Part shown: positions 15,101 to 30,999 of the stretch, one piece after another
How positions within the stretch are numbered: the stretch's first letter is position 1
Layout: each line of letters begins with the position of its first letter
Source of the DNA: Eledone cirrhosa
Taxonomy: Eukaryota
Length of the DNA: 64,000 nucleotides
Assembly: GCA_964016885.1 (NCBI GenBank)
Contig: OZ024740.1
Location: 318,990,001-319,054,000, forward strand
Direction: 5' to 3'
Made by a program: the position numbers and the translations under genes
The notes under the pieces: model-generated
What the model was told of the DNA's origin: nothing
The model's database searches: none
Seen by the model: the letters and a program-made list of their open reading frames with translations, nothing else

Positions 15101-16740
15101 CAATACTCACAACAAACAATTCAGGATTGTCTCGTCTATTTCCACAACTTACATTCTATGTGACATTCAAACGACTCTATCAATTCGAAGTCTTTCTACT
15201 ACAATATTAACGTCAAATAATCCAGGATTGTCTCGTCTATTTCCACAACTTACGTTCTATCTGACATTCTAACGACTCTACCAATTCGAATTCTTTCTAT
15301 TACAATACTCACAACAAATAATCCAGGATTGTCTCGTCTATTTCCACAACTTACATTCTATCTGACATTCTAACGACTCTACGAATTCGCTGTCTTTCTA
15401 CTACAATGCTCACAACAAATAATCCACGACTGTCTCGTCTATTTCCACAACTTACATTCTATCTGACATTCTAACGACTCTACCATTTCGAAATCTTTCT
15501 ACTACAATACTCAAAACAAACAATCCAGGATTGTCTCGTCTATTTCTACAACTTACATTCTATGTGACATTCAAACGACTCTATCAATTCGAAGTCTTTC
15601 TACAACAATACTAACGTCAAATAATCCCGGATTGTCTCGTCCATTTCCACAACTTACATTCTATCTGACATTCTAACGACTCTACCAATTCGAAGTCTTT
15701 CTACTACAATACTAACGTCAAATAATCCAGGATTGTCTCGTCTATTTCCACAACTTACTTTTAATCTGACATTCTAACGACTCTAACAATTCGAAGTCTT
15801 TCTACTACAATACTCACAACAAATAATCCAGGATTGTATAGTCTATTTCTACAACTTACATTCTATCTGATTTTCTAACGACTCTACCAATTCGAAATCT
15901 TTCTACTACAATACTCAAAACAAACAATCCAGGATTGTCTCGTCTATTTCTACAACTTACATTCTATGTGACATTCAAACGACTCTATCAATTCGAAGTC
16001 TTTCTACAACAATACTAACGTCAAATAATCCCGGATTGTCTCGTCCATTTCCACAACTTACATTCTATCTGACATTCTAACGACTCTACCAATTCGAAGT
16101 CTTTCTACTACAATACTAACTTCAAATAATCCAGGATTGTCTCGTCTATTTCCACAACTTACATTCTATCTGACATTCAAACGACTCTACCAATTAGAAG
16201 TCTTTCTGCTACAATACTCACAACAAATAATCCAGGATTGTCTCGTCTATTTCCACACCTTACATTCTATCTGACATTCTAACGACTCTACCTTTTCGCT
16301 GTATTTCTACTACAATACTCACAACAAATAATCCAGCATTGCCTCGTCTATTTCCACAACTCACATTCTATCTGACATTCTAACGACTCTATCAATTCGA
16401 AGTCTTTCTACTACAATACTAACGTCAAATAATCCAGTATCGTCTCGTCTATTTCCACAACTTACATTCTATCTGACATTCTAACGACTCTACCAATTCG
16501 AAGTCTTTCTACTACAATACTAACAACAAATAATCTAGGATTGTCTCATCTATCTCCACAACTTACATTTTCTCTGACGTTCTAACGACTCTACCAATTT
16601 GAAGTCTTTCTACTACAACGCTCACAACAAATAATCCACGACTGTCTCGTCTATTTCCACAACTTACATTCTATCTGACATTCTAACGACTCTACCAATT
16701 CGAAATCTTTCTACTACAATACTCACAACAAACAATCCAG
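9600..16740 (+). repeat. Tandem 34-monomer duplication (3434 bp)
   Basis: Markers at +3434: CATTTTCTC 9698/13132, TTGGAAC 11346/14780, ATCTGATTTT 12431/15865. Confidence 0.88.
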
Positions 16741-17899
16741 GATTGTCTCGTCTATTTCTACAACTTACATTCTATCTGACATTCTAACGACTCTACCTAT
16801 TCGCTGTATTTCTACTACAATACTCACAACAAATAATCCAGCATTGTCTCGTCTATTTCCACAACTCACATTCTATCTTACATTCTAACGACTCTATCAA
16901 TTCGAAGTCTTTCTACTACAATACTAACGTCAAATAATCCAGGATCGTCTCGTCTATTTCCACAACTTACATTCTATCTGACATTCTAACGACTCTACCA
17001 ATTCGAAGTCTTTCTACTACAATACTAACAACAAATAATCTAGGATTGTCTCATCTATCTCCACAACTTACATTTTCTCTGACGTTCTAACGACTCTACC
17101 AATTTGAAGTCTTTCTACTACAACGCTCACAACAAATAATCCACGACTGTCTCGTCTATTTCCACAACTTACATTCTATCTGACATTCTAACGACTCTAC
17201 CAATTCGAAATCTTTCTACTACAATACTCACAACAAACAATCCACGATTGTCTCGTCTATTTCTACAACTTACATTCTATGTGACATTCAAACGACTCTA
17301 TCAATTCGAAGTCTTTCTACTACAATATTAACGTCAAATAATCCAGGATTGTCTCGTCTATTTCCACAACTTACGTTCTATCTGACATTCTAACGACTCT
17401 ACCAATTCGAATTCTTTCTATTACAATACTCACAACAAATAATCCAGGATTGTCTCGTCTATTTCCACAACTTACATTCTATCTGACATTCTAACGACTC
17501 TACGAATTCGCTGTCTTTCTACTACAATGCTCACAACAAATAATCCACGACTGTCTCGTCTATTTCTACAATTACATTCTATGTGACATTCAAACGACTC
17601 TATCAATTCGAAGTCTTTCTACAACAATACTAACGTCAAATAATCCCGGATTGTCTCGTCCATTTCCACAACTTACATTCTATCTGACATTCTAACGACT
17701 CTACCAATTTGAAGTCTTTCTACTACAATACTAACGTCAAATAATCCAGGATTGTCTCGTCTATTTCCACAACTTACTTTTAATCTGACATTCTAACGAC
17801 TCTACCAATTCGAAGTCTTTCTACTACAATACTCACAACAAATAATCCAGGATTGTATAGTCTATTTCTACAACTTACATTCTATCTGACATTCTAACG

Positions 17900-20800
17900 A
17901 CTCTACCAATTCGAAGTCTTTCTGCTACAATACTCACAACAAATAATCCAGGATTGTCTCGTCTATTTCCACAACTCACATTCTATCTGACATTCTAACG
18001 ACTCTATCAATTCGAAGTCTTTCTACTACAATACTAACGTCAAATAATCCAGGATCGTCTCGTCTATTTCCACAACTTACATTCTATCTGACATTCTAAC
18101 GACTCTACCAATTCGAAGTCTTTCTACTACAATACTAACAACAAATAATCTAGGATTGTCTCATCTATCTCCACAACTTACATTTTCTCTGACGTTCTAA
18201 CGACTCTACCAATTTGAAGTCTTTCTACTACAACGCTCACAACAAATAATCCACGACTGTCTCGTCTATTTCCACAACTTACATTCTATCTGACATTCTA
18301 ACGACTCTACCAATTCGAAATCTTTCTACTACAATACTCACAACAAACAATCCACGATTGTCTCGTCTATTTCTACAACTTACATTCTATGTGACATTCA
18401 AACGACTCTATCAATTCGAAGTCTTTCTACTACAATATTAACGTCAAATAATCCAGGATTGTCTCGTCTATTTCCACAACTTACGTTCTATCTGACATTC
18501 TAACGACTCTACCAATTCGAATTCTTTCTATTACAATACTCACAACAAATAATCCAGGATTGTCTCGTCTATTTCCACAACTTCCATTCTATCTGACATT
18601 CTAACGACTCTACGAATTCGCTGTCTTTCTACTACAATGCTCACAACAAATAATCCACGACTGTCTCGTCTATTTCCACAACTTACATTCTATCTGACAT
18701 TCTAACGACTCTACCAATTCGAAGTCTTTCTACTACAATACTCACAACAAATAATCCAGGATTGTATAGTCTATTTCTACAACTTACATTCTATCTGACA
18801 TTCTAACGACTCTGCCAATTCGAAGTCTTTCTGCTACAATACTCACAACAAATAATCCAGGATTGTCTCGTCTATTTCCACACCTTACATTCTATCTGAC
18901 ATTCTAACGACTCTACCTATTCGCTGTATTTCTACTACAATACTCACAACAAATAATCCAGCATTGCCTCGTCTATTTCCACAACTCACATTTTATCTGA
19001 CATTCTAACGACTCTATCAATTCGAAGTCTTTCTACTACAATACTAACGTCAAATAATCCAGGATCGTCTCGTCTATTTCCACAACTTACATTCTATCTG
19101 ACATTCTAACGACTCTACCAATTCGAAGTCTTTCTACTACAATACTAACAACAAATAATCTAGGATTGTCTCATCTATCTCCACAACTTACATTCTATCT
19201 GACATTCAAACGACTCTACCAATTCGAAGTCTTTCTACTACAATACTAACGTCAAATAATCAGGGATTGTCTCCTCTATTTCCACAACTTACCTTCCATC
19301 TGACATTCTAACGACTCTACCAATTCGCTGTATTTCTACTACAATACTAACTTCAAATAATCCAGGATTGTCTCGTCTATTTCCACAACTTACATTCTAT
19401 CTGATATTCTAACGACTCTACCAATTCGAAGTCTTTCTACTACAATATTCACAACAAATAATCCTGGATTGTCTCGTCTATTTCAACAACTTACATTCTA
19501 TCTCACATTCTAACGTATCTACCAATTCGCTGAATTTCTACTACAATACTCTCAACAAATAAACCAGGATTGTCTCGTCTATTTCCACAACTTACATTCT
19601 ATCTGACATACTAACGGCTCTACCAATTGGAACTCTTTCTACTACAATACTAACTTTAAACAATCCAGGATTGTCTCGTCTATTTCCACAACTTACATTC
19701 TATCTGACATTCTAACGACTCTACCAATTCGAAGTCTTTCTACTACAACGCTCACAACAAATAATCCACGACTGTCTGGTCTATTTCCACAACTTACATT
19801 CTAGCTGACATTCTAACGACTCTACCAATTCGAAATCTTTCTACTACAATACTCACAACAAACAATCCAGGATTGTCTCGTCTATTTCCACAACTTACAT
19901 TCTATGTGACATTCAAACGACTCTATCAATTCGAAGTCTTTCTACTACAATATTAACGTCAAATAATCCAGGATTGTCTCGTCTATTTCCACAACTTACG
20001 TTCTATCTGACATTCTAACGACTCTACCAATTCGAATTCTTTCTATTACAATACTCACAACAAATAATCCAGGATTGTCTCGTCTATTTCCACAACTTAC
20101 ATTCTATCTGACATTCTAACGACTCTACGAATTCGCTGTCTTTCTACTACAATGCTCACAACAAATAATCCACGACTGTCTCGTCTATTTCCACAACTTA
20201 CATTCTATCTGACATTCTAACGACTCTACCATTTCGAAATCTTTCTACTACAATACTCAAAACAAACAATCCAGGATTGTCTCGTCTATTTCTACAACTT
20301 ACATTCTATGTGACATTCAAACGACTCTATCAATTCGAAGTCTTTCTACAACAATACTAACGTCAAATAATCCCGGATTGTCTCGTCCATTTCCACAACT
20401 TACATTCTATCTGACATTCTAACGACTCTACCAATTCGAAGTCTTTCTACTACAATACTAACGTCAAATAATCCAGGATTGTCTCGTCTATTTCCACAAC
20501 TTACTTTTAATCTGACATTCTAACGACTCTAACAATTCGAAGTCTTTCTACTACAATACTCACAACAAATAATCCAGGATTGTATAGTCTATTTCTACAA
20601 CTTACATTCTATCTGATTTTCTAACGACTCTACCAATTCGAAATCTTTCTACTACAATACTCAAAACAAACAATCCAGGATTGTCTCGTCTATTTCTACA
20701 ACTTACATTCTATGTGACATTCAAACGACTCTATCAATTCGAAGTCTTTCTACAACAATACTAACGTCAAATAATCCCGGATTGTCTCGTCCATTTCCAC

Positions 20801-23350
20801 AACTTACATTCTATCTGACATTCTAACGACTCTACCAATTCGAAGTCTTTCTACTACAATACTAACTTCAAATAATCCAGGATTGTCTCGTCTATTTCCA
20901 CAACTTACATTCTATCTGACATTCAAACGACTCTACCAATTAGAAGTCTTTCTGCTACAATACTCACAACAAATAATCCAGGATTGTCTCGTCTATTTCC
21001 ACACCTTACATTCTATCTGACATTCTAACGACTCTACCTATTCGCTGTATTTCTACTACAATACTCACAACAAATAATCCAGCATTGCCTCGTCTATTTC
21101 CACAACTCACATTCTATCTGACATTCTAACGACTCTATCAATTCGAAGTCTTTCTACTACAATACTAACGTCAAATAATCCAGTATCGTCTCGTCTATTT
21201 CCACAACTTACATTCTATCTGACATTCTAACGACTCTACCAATTCGAAGTCTTTCTACTACAATACTAACAACAAATAATCTAGGATTGTCTCATCTATC
21301 TCCACAACTTACATTTTCTCTGACGTTCTAACGACTCTACCAATTTGAAGTCTTTCTACTACAACGCTCACAACAAATAATCCACGACTGTCTCGTCTAT
21401 TTCCACAACTTACATTCTATCTGACATTCTAACGACTCTACCAATTCGAAATCTTTCTACTACAATACTCACAACAAACAATCCAGGATTGTCTCGTCTA
21501 TTTCTACAACTTACATTCTATCTGACATTCTAACGACTCTACCAATTCGAAGTCTTTCTGCTACAATACTCACAACAAATAATCCAGGATTGTCTCGTCT
21601 ATTTCCACAACTCACATTCTATCTGACATTCTAACGACTCTATCAATTCGAAGTCTTTCTACTACAATACTAACGTCAAATAATCCAGGATCGTCTCGTC
21701 TATTTCCACAACTTACATTCTATCTGACATTCTAACGACTCTACCAATTCGAAGTCTTTCTACTACAATACTAACAACAAATAATCTAGGATTGTCTCAT
21801 CTATCTCCACAACTTACATTTTCTCTGACGTTCTAACGACTCTACCAATTTGAAGTCTTTCTACTACAACGCTCACAACAAATAATCCACGACTGTCTCG
21901 TCTATTTCCACAACTTACATTCTATCTGACATTCTAACGACTCTACCAATTCGAAATCTTTCTACTACAATACTCACAACAAACAATCCACGATTGTCTC
22001 GTCTATTTCTACAACTTACATTCTATGTGACATTCAAACGACTCTATCAATTCGAAGTCTTTCTACTACAATATTAACGTCAAATAATCCAGGATTGTCT
22101 CGTCTATTTCCACAACTTACGTTCTATCTGACATTCTAACGACTCTACCAATTCGAATTCTTTCTATTACAATACTCACAACAAATAATCCAGGATTGTC
22201 TCGTCTATTTCCACAACTTCCATTCTATCTGACATTCTAACGACTCTACGAATTCGCTGTCTTTCTACTACAATGCTCACAACAAATAATCCACGACTGT
22301 CTCGTCTATTTCCACAACTTACATTCTATCTGACATTCTAACGACTCTACCAATTCGAAGTCTTTCTACTACAATACTCACAACAAATAATCCAGGATTG
22401 TATAGTCTATTTCTACAACTTACATTCTATCTGACATTCTAACGACTCTGCCAATTCGAAGTCTTTCTGCTACAATACTCACAACAAACAATCCAGGATT
22501 GTCTCGTCTATTTCCACACCTTACATTCTATCTGACATTCTAACGACTCTACCTATTCGCTGTATTTCTACAACAATACTCACAACAAATAATCCAGCAT
22601 TGCCTCGTCTATTTCCACAACTCACATTTTATCTGACATTCTAACGACTCTATCAATTCGAAGTCTTTCTACTACAATACTAACGTCAAATAATCCAGGA
22701 TCGTCTCGTCTATTTCCACAACTTACATTCTATCTGACATTCTAACGACTCTACCAATTCGAAGTCTTTCTACTACAATACTAACAACAAATAATCTAGG
22801 ATTGTCTCATCTATCTCCACAACTTACATTCTATCTGACATTCAAACGACTCTACCAATTCGAAGTCTTTCTACTACAATACTAACGTCAAATAATCAGG
22901 GATTGTCTCCTCTATTTCCACAACTTACCTTCCATCTGACATTCTAACGACTCTACCAATTCGCTGTATTTCTACTACAATACTAACTTCAAATAATCCA
23001 GGATTGTCTCGTCTATTTCCACAACTTACATTCTATCTGATATTCTAACGACTCTACCAATTCGAAGTCTTTCTACTACAATATTCACAACAAATAATCC
23101 TGGATTGTCTCGTCTATTTCAACAACTTACATTCTATCTCACATTCTAACGTATCTACCAATTCGCTGAATTTCTACTACAATACTCTCAACAAATAAAC
23201 CAGGATTGTCTCGTCTATTTCCACAACTTACATTCTATCTGACATACTAACGGCTCTACCAATTGGAACTCTTTCTACTACAATACTAACTTTAAACAAT
23301 CCAGGATTGTCTCGTCTATTTCCACAACTTACATTCTATCTGACATTCTA
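17900..23350 (+). repeat. Duplication with a 36-monomer offset (3636 bp): ~17.9-19.7 kb and ~21.5-23.35 kb
   Basis: TCTGCCAA 18811/22447, CAGGG 19261/22897, TTGG 19627/23263. Confidence 0.85.
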
Positions 23351-25400
23351 ACGACTCTACCAATTCGAAGTCTTTCTACTACAATACTAACAACAAATAA
23401 TCTAGGATCGTCTCATCTATCTCCACAACTTACTTTTAATCTGACATTCTAACGACTCTACCAATTCGAAGTCTTTCTACTACAACGCTCACAACAAATA
23501 ATCCACGACTGTCTCGTCTATTTCCACAACTTACATTCTAGCTGACATTCTAACGACTCTACCAATTCGAAATCTTTCTACTACAATACTCACAACAAAC
23601 AATCCAGGATTGTCTCGTCTATTTCCACAACTTACATTCTATGTGACATTCAAACGACTCTATCAATTCGAAGTCTTTCTACTACAATATTAACGTCAAA
23701 TAATCCAGGATTGTCTCGTCTATTTCCACAACTTACGTTCTATCTGACATTCTAACGACTCTACCAATTCGAATTCTTTCTATTACAATACTCACAACAA
23801 ATAATCCAGGATTGTCTCGTCTATTTCCACAACTTACATTCTATCTGACATTCTAACGACTCTACGAATTCGCTGTCTTTCTACTACAATGCTCACAACA
23901 AATAATCCACGACTGTCTCGTCTATTTCCACAACTTACATTCTATCTGACATTCTAACGACTCTACCATTTCGAAATCTTTCTACTACAATACTCAAAAC
24001 AAACAATCCAGGATTGTCTCGTCTATTTCTACAACTTACATTCTATGTGACATTCAAACGACTCTATCAATTCGAAGTCTTTCTACAACAATACTAACGT
24101 CAAATAATCCCGGATTGTCTCGTCCATTTCCACAACTTACATTCTATCTGACATTCTAACGACTCTACCAATTCGAAGTCTTTCTACTACAATACTAACT
24201 TCAAATAATCCAGGATTGTCTCGTCTATTTCCACAACTTACATTCTATCTGATATTCTAACGACTCTACCAATTCGAAGTCTTTCTACTACAATATTCAC
24301 AACAAATAATCCTGGATTGTCTCGTCTATTTCAACAACTTACATTCTATCTCACATTCTAACGTATCTACCAATTCGCTGAATTTCTACTACAATACTCT
24401 CAACAAATAAACCAGGATTGTCTCGTCTATTTCCACAACTTACATTCTATCTGACATACTAACGGCTCTACCAATTGGAACTCTTTCTACTACAATACTA
24501 ACTTTAAACAATCCAGGATTGTCTCGTCTATTTCCACAACTTACATTCTATCTGACATTCTAACGACTCTACCAATTCGAAGTCTTTCTACTACAATACT
24601 AACAACAAATAATCTAGGATCGTCTCATCTATCTCCACAACTTACTTTTAATCTGACATTCTAACGACTCTACCAATTCGAAGTCTTTCTACTACAACGC
24701 TCACAACAAATAATCCACGACTGTCTCGTCTATTTCCACAACTTACATTCTAGCTGACATTCTAACGACTCTACCAATTCGAAATCTTTCTACTACAATA
24801 CTCACAACAAACAATCCAGGATTGTCTCGTCTATTTCCACAACTTACATTCTATGTGACATTCAAACGACTCTATCAATTCGAAGTCTTTCTACTACAAT
24901 ATTAACGTCAAATAATCCAGGATTGTCTCGTCTATTTCCACAACTTACGTTCTATCTGACATTCTAACGACTCTACCAATTCGAATTCTTTCTATTACAA
25001 TACTCACAACAAATAATCCAGGATTGTCTCGTCTATTTCCACAACTTACATTCTATCTGACATTCTAACGACTCTACGAATTCGCTGTCTTTCTACTACA
25101 ATGCTCACAACAAATAATCCACGACTGTCTCGTCTATTTCCACAACTTACATTCTATCTGACATTCTAACGACTCTACCATTTCGAAATCTTTCTACTAC
25201 AATACTCAAAACAAACAATCCAGGATTGTCTCGTCTATTTCTACAACTTACATTCTATGTGACATTCAAACGACTCTATCAATTCGAAGTCTTTCTACAA
25301 CAATACTAACGTCAAATAATCCCGGATTGTCTCGTCCATTTCCACAACTTACATTCTATCTGACATTCTAACGACTCTACCAATTCGAAGTCTTTCTACT
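22980..25400 (+). repeat. Tandem 12-monomer duplication (1212 bp)
   Basis: TTGGAAC 23263/24475, with the same order of flanking variant monomers in both copies. Confidence 0.82.
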
Positions 25401-28400
25401 ACAATACTAACGTCAAATAATCCAGGATTGTCTCGTCTATTTCCACAACTTACTTTTAATCTGACATTCTAACGACTCTAACAATTCGAAGTCTTTCTAC
25501 TACAATACTCACAACAAATAATCCAGGATTGTATAGTCTATTTCTACAACTTACATTCTATCTGATTTTCTAACGACTCTACCAATTCGAAATCTTTCTA
25601 CTACAATACTCAAAACAAACAATCCAGGATTGTCTCGTCTATTTCTACAACTTACATTCTATGTGACATTCAAACGACTCTATCAATTCGAAGTCTTTCT
25701 ACAACAATACTAACGTCAAATAATCCCGGATTGTCTCGTCCATTTCCACAACTTACATTCTATCTGACATTCTAACGACTCTACCAATTCGAAGTCTTTC
25801 TACTACAATACTAACTTCAAATAATCCAGGATTGTCTCGTCTATTTCCACAACTTACATTCTATCTGACATTCAAACGACTCTACCAATTAGAAGTCTTT
25901 CTGCTACAATACTCACAACAAATAATCCAGGATTGTCTCGTCTATTTCCACACCTTACATTCTATCTGACATTCTAACGACTCTACCTATTCGCTGTATT
26001 TCTACTACAATACTCACAACAAATAATCCAGCATTGTGTCGTCTATTTCCACAACTCACATTCTATCTTACATTCTAACGACTCTATCAATTCGAAGTCT
26101 TTCTACTACAATACTAACGTCAAATAATCCAGGATCGTCTCGTCTATTTCCACAACTTACATTCTATCTGACATTCTAACGACTCTACCAATTCGAAGTC
26201 TTTCTACTACAATACTAACAACAAATAATCTAGGATTGTCTCATCTATCTCCACAACTTACATTTTCTCTGACGTTCTAACGACTCTACCAATTTGAAGT
26301 CTTTCTACTACAACGCTCACAACAAATAATCCACGACTGTCTCGTCTATTTCCACAACTTACATTCTATCTGACGTTCTAACGACTCTACCAATTCGAAA
26401 TCTTTCTACTACAATACTCACAACAAACAATCCACGATTGTCTCGTCTATTTCTACAACTTACATTCTATGTGACATTCAAACGACTCTATCAATTCGAA
26501 GTCTTTCTACTACAATATTAACGTCAAATAATCCAGGATTGTCTCGTCTATTTCCACAACTTACGTTCTATCTGACATTCTAACGACTCTACCAATTCGA
26601 ATTCTTTCTATTACAATACTCACAACAAATAATCCAGGATTGTCTCGTCTATTTCCACAACTTACATTCTATCTGACATTCTAACGACTCTACGAATTCG
26701 CTGTCTTTCTACTACAATGCTCACAACAAATAATCCACGACTGTCTCGTCTATTTCTACAATTACATTCTATGTGACATTCAAACGACTCTATCAATTCG
26801 AAGTCTTTCTACAACAATACTAACGTCAAATAATCCCGGATTGTCTCGTCCATTTCCACAACTTACATTCTATCTGACATTCTAACGACTCTACCAATTT
26901 GAAGTCTTTCTACTACAATACTAACGTCAAATAATCCAGGATTGTCTCGTCTATTTCCACAACTTACTTTTAATCTGACATTCTAACGACTCTACCAATT
27001 CGAAGTCTTTCTACTACAATACTCACAACAAATAATCCAGGATTGTATAGTCTATTTCTACAACTTACATTCTATCTGACATTCTAACGACTCTACCAAT
27101 TCGAAGTCTTTCTGCTACAATACTCACAACAAATAATCCAGGATTGTCTCGTCTATTTCCACAACTTACATTCTATCTCACATTCTAACGTGTCTACTAA
27201 TTCGCTGAATTTCTACTATAATACTCTCAACAAATAAACCAGGATTGTCTCGTCTATTTCCACAACTTACATTCTATTTGACATACTAACGACTCTACGA
27301 ATTCGAAGTCTTTCTAATACAATACTAACTTTAAACAATCCAGGATTGTCTCCTCTTTTTCCACAACTTACATTCTATGTAACATTGAAACGACTCTACC
27401 AATTCGATGTCTTTGTACTACAATACTCACAAAAAATAATCCAGGATTGTATCATCTATTTCCACAACTTACTTTTAATCTGACATTCTAACGACTCTAC
27501 CAATTCGAAGTCTTTCTACTACAATACTCACAACAAATATTCCAGGATTGTCTCGTCTATTTCCACAACTTACATTCTATCTGACATTCTAACGACTCTA
27601 CCAATTCGAAGTCTTTCTACTACAATACTAACAACAAATAATCTAGGATTGTCTCATCTATCTCCACAACTTACATTTTCTCTGACGTTCTAACGACTCT
27701 ACCAATTCGAAGTCTTTCTACTACAATACTCACAACAAATAATCCAGGATTGTCTCGTCTATTTCCACAACTTACATTCTAACTGACATTCTAACGACTC
27801 TACCAATTCGAAGTCTTTCTACTACAATACTAACAACAAATAATCTGGGATTGTCTCGTCTATTTCCACAAATTGCATTCTATCTGACATTCTAACGACT
27901 CTACCAATTCGAAGTTTTTCTACTACAATACTAACTTTAAACAATCCAGGATTGTCTCCTCTATTTCCACAACTTACATTCTATCTGACATTCTAACGAC
28001 TCTACCTATTCGCTGTATTTCTACTACAATACTCACAACAAATAATCCAGCATTGCCTCGTCTATTTCCACAACTCACATTCTATCTGACATTCTAACGA
28101 CTCTATCAATTCGAAGTCTTTCTACTACAATACTAACGTCAAATAATCCAGTATCGTCTCGTCTATTTCCACAACTTACATTCTATCTGACATTCTAACG
28201 ACTCTACCAATTCGAAGTCTTTCTACTACAATACTAACAACAAATAATCTAGGATTGTCTCATCTATCTCCACAACTTACATTTTCTCTGACGTTCTAAC
28301 GACTCTACCAATTTGAAGTCTTTCTACTACAACGCTCACAACAAATAATCCACGACTGTCTCGTCTATTTCCACAACTTACATTCTATCTGACATTCTAA

Positions 28401-30999
28401 CGATTCTACCAATTCGAAATCTTTCTACTACAATACTCACAACAAACAATCCAGGATTGTCTCGTCTATTTCTACAACTTACATTCTATCTGACATTCTA
28501 ACGACTCTACCTATTCGCTGTATTTCTACTACAATACTCACAACAAATAATCCAGCATTGTCTCGTCTATTTCCACAACTCACATTCTATCTTACATTCT
28601 AACGACTCTATCAATTCGAAGTCTTTCTACTACAATACTAACGTCAAATAATCCAGGATCGTCTCGTCTATTTCCACAACTTACATTCTATCTGACATTC
28701 TAACGACTCTACCAATTCGAAGTCTTTCTACTACAATACTAACAACAAATAATCTAGGATTGTCTCATCTATCTCCACAACTTACATTTTCTCTGACGTT
28801 CTAACGACTCTACCAATTTGAAGTCTTTCTACTACAACGCTCACAACAAATAATCCACGACTGTCTCGTCTATTTCCACAACTTACATTCTATCTGACAT
28901 TCTAACGACTCTACCAATTCGAAATCTTTCTACTACAATACTCACAACAAACAATCCACGATTGTCTCGTCTATTTCTACAACTTACATTCTATGTGACA
29001 TTCAAACGACTCTATCAATTCGAAGTCTTTCTACTACAATATTAACGTCAAATAATCCAGGATTGTCTCGTCTATTTCCACAACTTACGTTCTATCTGAC
29101 ATTCTAACGACTCTACCAATTCGAATTCTTTCTATTACAATACTCACAACAAATAATCCAGGATTGTCTCGTCTATTTCCACAACTTACATTCTATCTGA
29201 CATTCTAACGACTCTACGAATTCGCTGTCTTTCTACTACAATGCTCACAACAAATAATCCACGACTGTCTCGTCTATTTCTACAATTACATTCTATGTGA
29301 CATTCAAACGACTCTAACAATTCGAAGTCTTTATACAACAATACTAACGTCAAATAATCCCGGATTGTCTCGTCCATTTCCACAACTTACATTCTATCTG
29401 ACATTCTAACGACTCTACCAATTTGAAGTCTTTCTACTACAATACTAACGTCAAATAATCCAGGATTGTCTCGTCTATTTCCACAACTTACTTTTAATCT
29501 GACATTCTAACGACTCTACCAATTCGAAGTCTTTCTACTACAATACTCACAACAAATAATCCAGGATTGTATAGTCTATTTCTACAACTTACATTCTATC
29601 TGACATTCTAACGACTCTACCAATTCGAAGTCTTTCTGCTACAATACTCACAACAAATAATCCAGGATTGTCTCATCTATCTCCACAACTTACATTTTCT
29701 CTGACGTTCTAACGACTCTACCAATTTGAAGTCTTTCTATTACAACGCTCACAACAAATAATCCACGACTGTCTCGTCTATTTCCACAACTTACATTCTA
29801 TCTGACATTCTAACGACTCTACCAATTCGAAATCTTTCTACTACAATACTCACAACAAACAATCCAGGATTGTCTCGTCTATTTCTACAACTTACATTCT
29901 ATCTGACATTCTAACGACTCTACCTATTCGCTGTATTTCTACTACAATACTCACAACAAATAATCCAGCATTGTCTCGTCTATTTCCACAACTCACATTC
30001 TATCTTACATTCTAACGACTCTATCAATTCGAAGTCTTTCTACTACAATACTAACGTCAAATAATCCAGGATCGTCTCGTCTATTTCCACAACTTACATT
30101 CTATCTGACATTCTAACGACTCTACCAATTCGAAGTCTTTCTACTACAATACTAACAACAAATAATCTAGGATTGTCTCATCTATCTCCACAACTTACAT
30201 TTTCTCTGACGTTCTAACGACTCTACCAATTTGAAGTCTTTCTACTACAACGCTCACAACAAATAATCCACGACTGTCTCGTCTATTTCCACAACTTACA
30301 TTCTATCTGACATTCTAACGACTCTACCAATTCGAAATCTTTCTACTACAATACTCACAACAAACAATCCACGATTGTCTCGTCTATTTCTACAACTTAC
30401 ATTCTATGTGACATTCAAACGACTCTATCAATTCGAAGTCTTTCTACTACAATATTAACGTCAAATAATCCAGGATTGTCTCGTCTATTTCCACAACTTA
30501 CGTTCTATCTGACATTCTAACGACTCTACCAATTCGAATTCTTTCTATTACAATACTCACAACAAATAATCCAGGATTGTCTCGTCTATTTCCACAACTT
30601 ACATTCTATCTGACATTCTAACGACTCTACGAATTCGCTGTCTTTCTACTACAATGCTCACAACAAATAATCCACGACTGTCTCGTCTATTTCTACAATT
30701 ACATTCTATGTGACATTCAAACGACTCTATCAATTCGAAGTCTTTCTACAACAATACTAACGTCAAATAATCCCGGATTGTCTCGTCCATTTCCACAACT
30801 TACATTCTATCTGACATTCTAACGACTCTACCAATTTGAAGTCTTTCTACTACAATACTAACGTCAAATAATCCAGGATTGTCTCGTCTATTTCCACAAC
30901 TTACTTTTAATCTGACATTCTAACGACTCTACCAATTCGAAGTCTTTCTGCTACAATACTCACAACAAATAATCCAGGATTGTCTCGTCTATTTCCACA

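Noticed and set aside
29186-29383. 65-aa - strand ORF
   Set aside because: Chance frame created by the 1-bp deletion and private substitutions that remove stops; no recognisable protein features.
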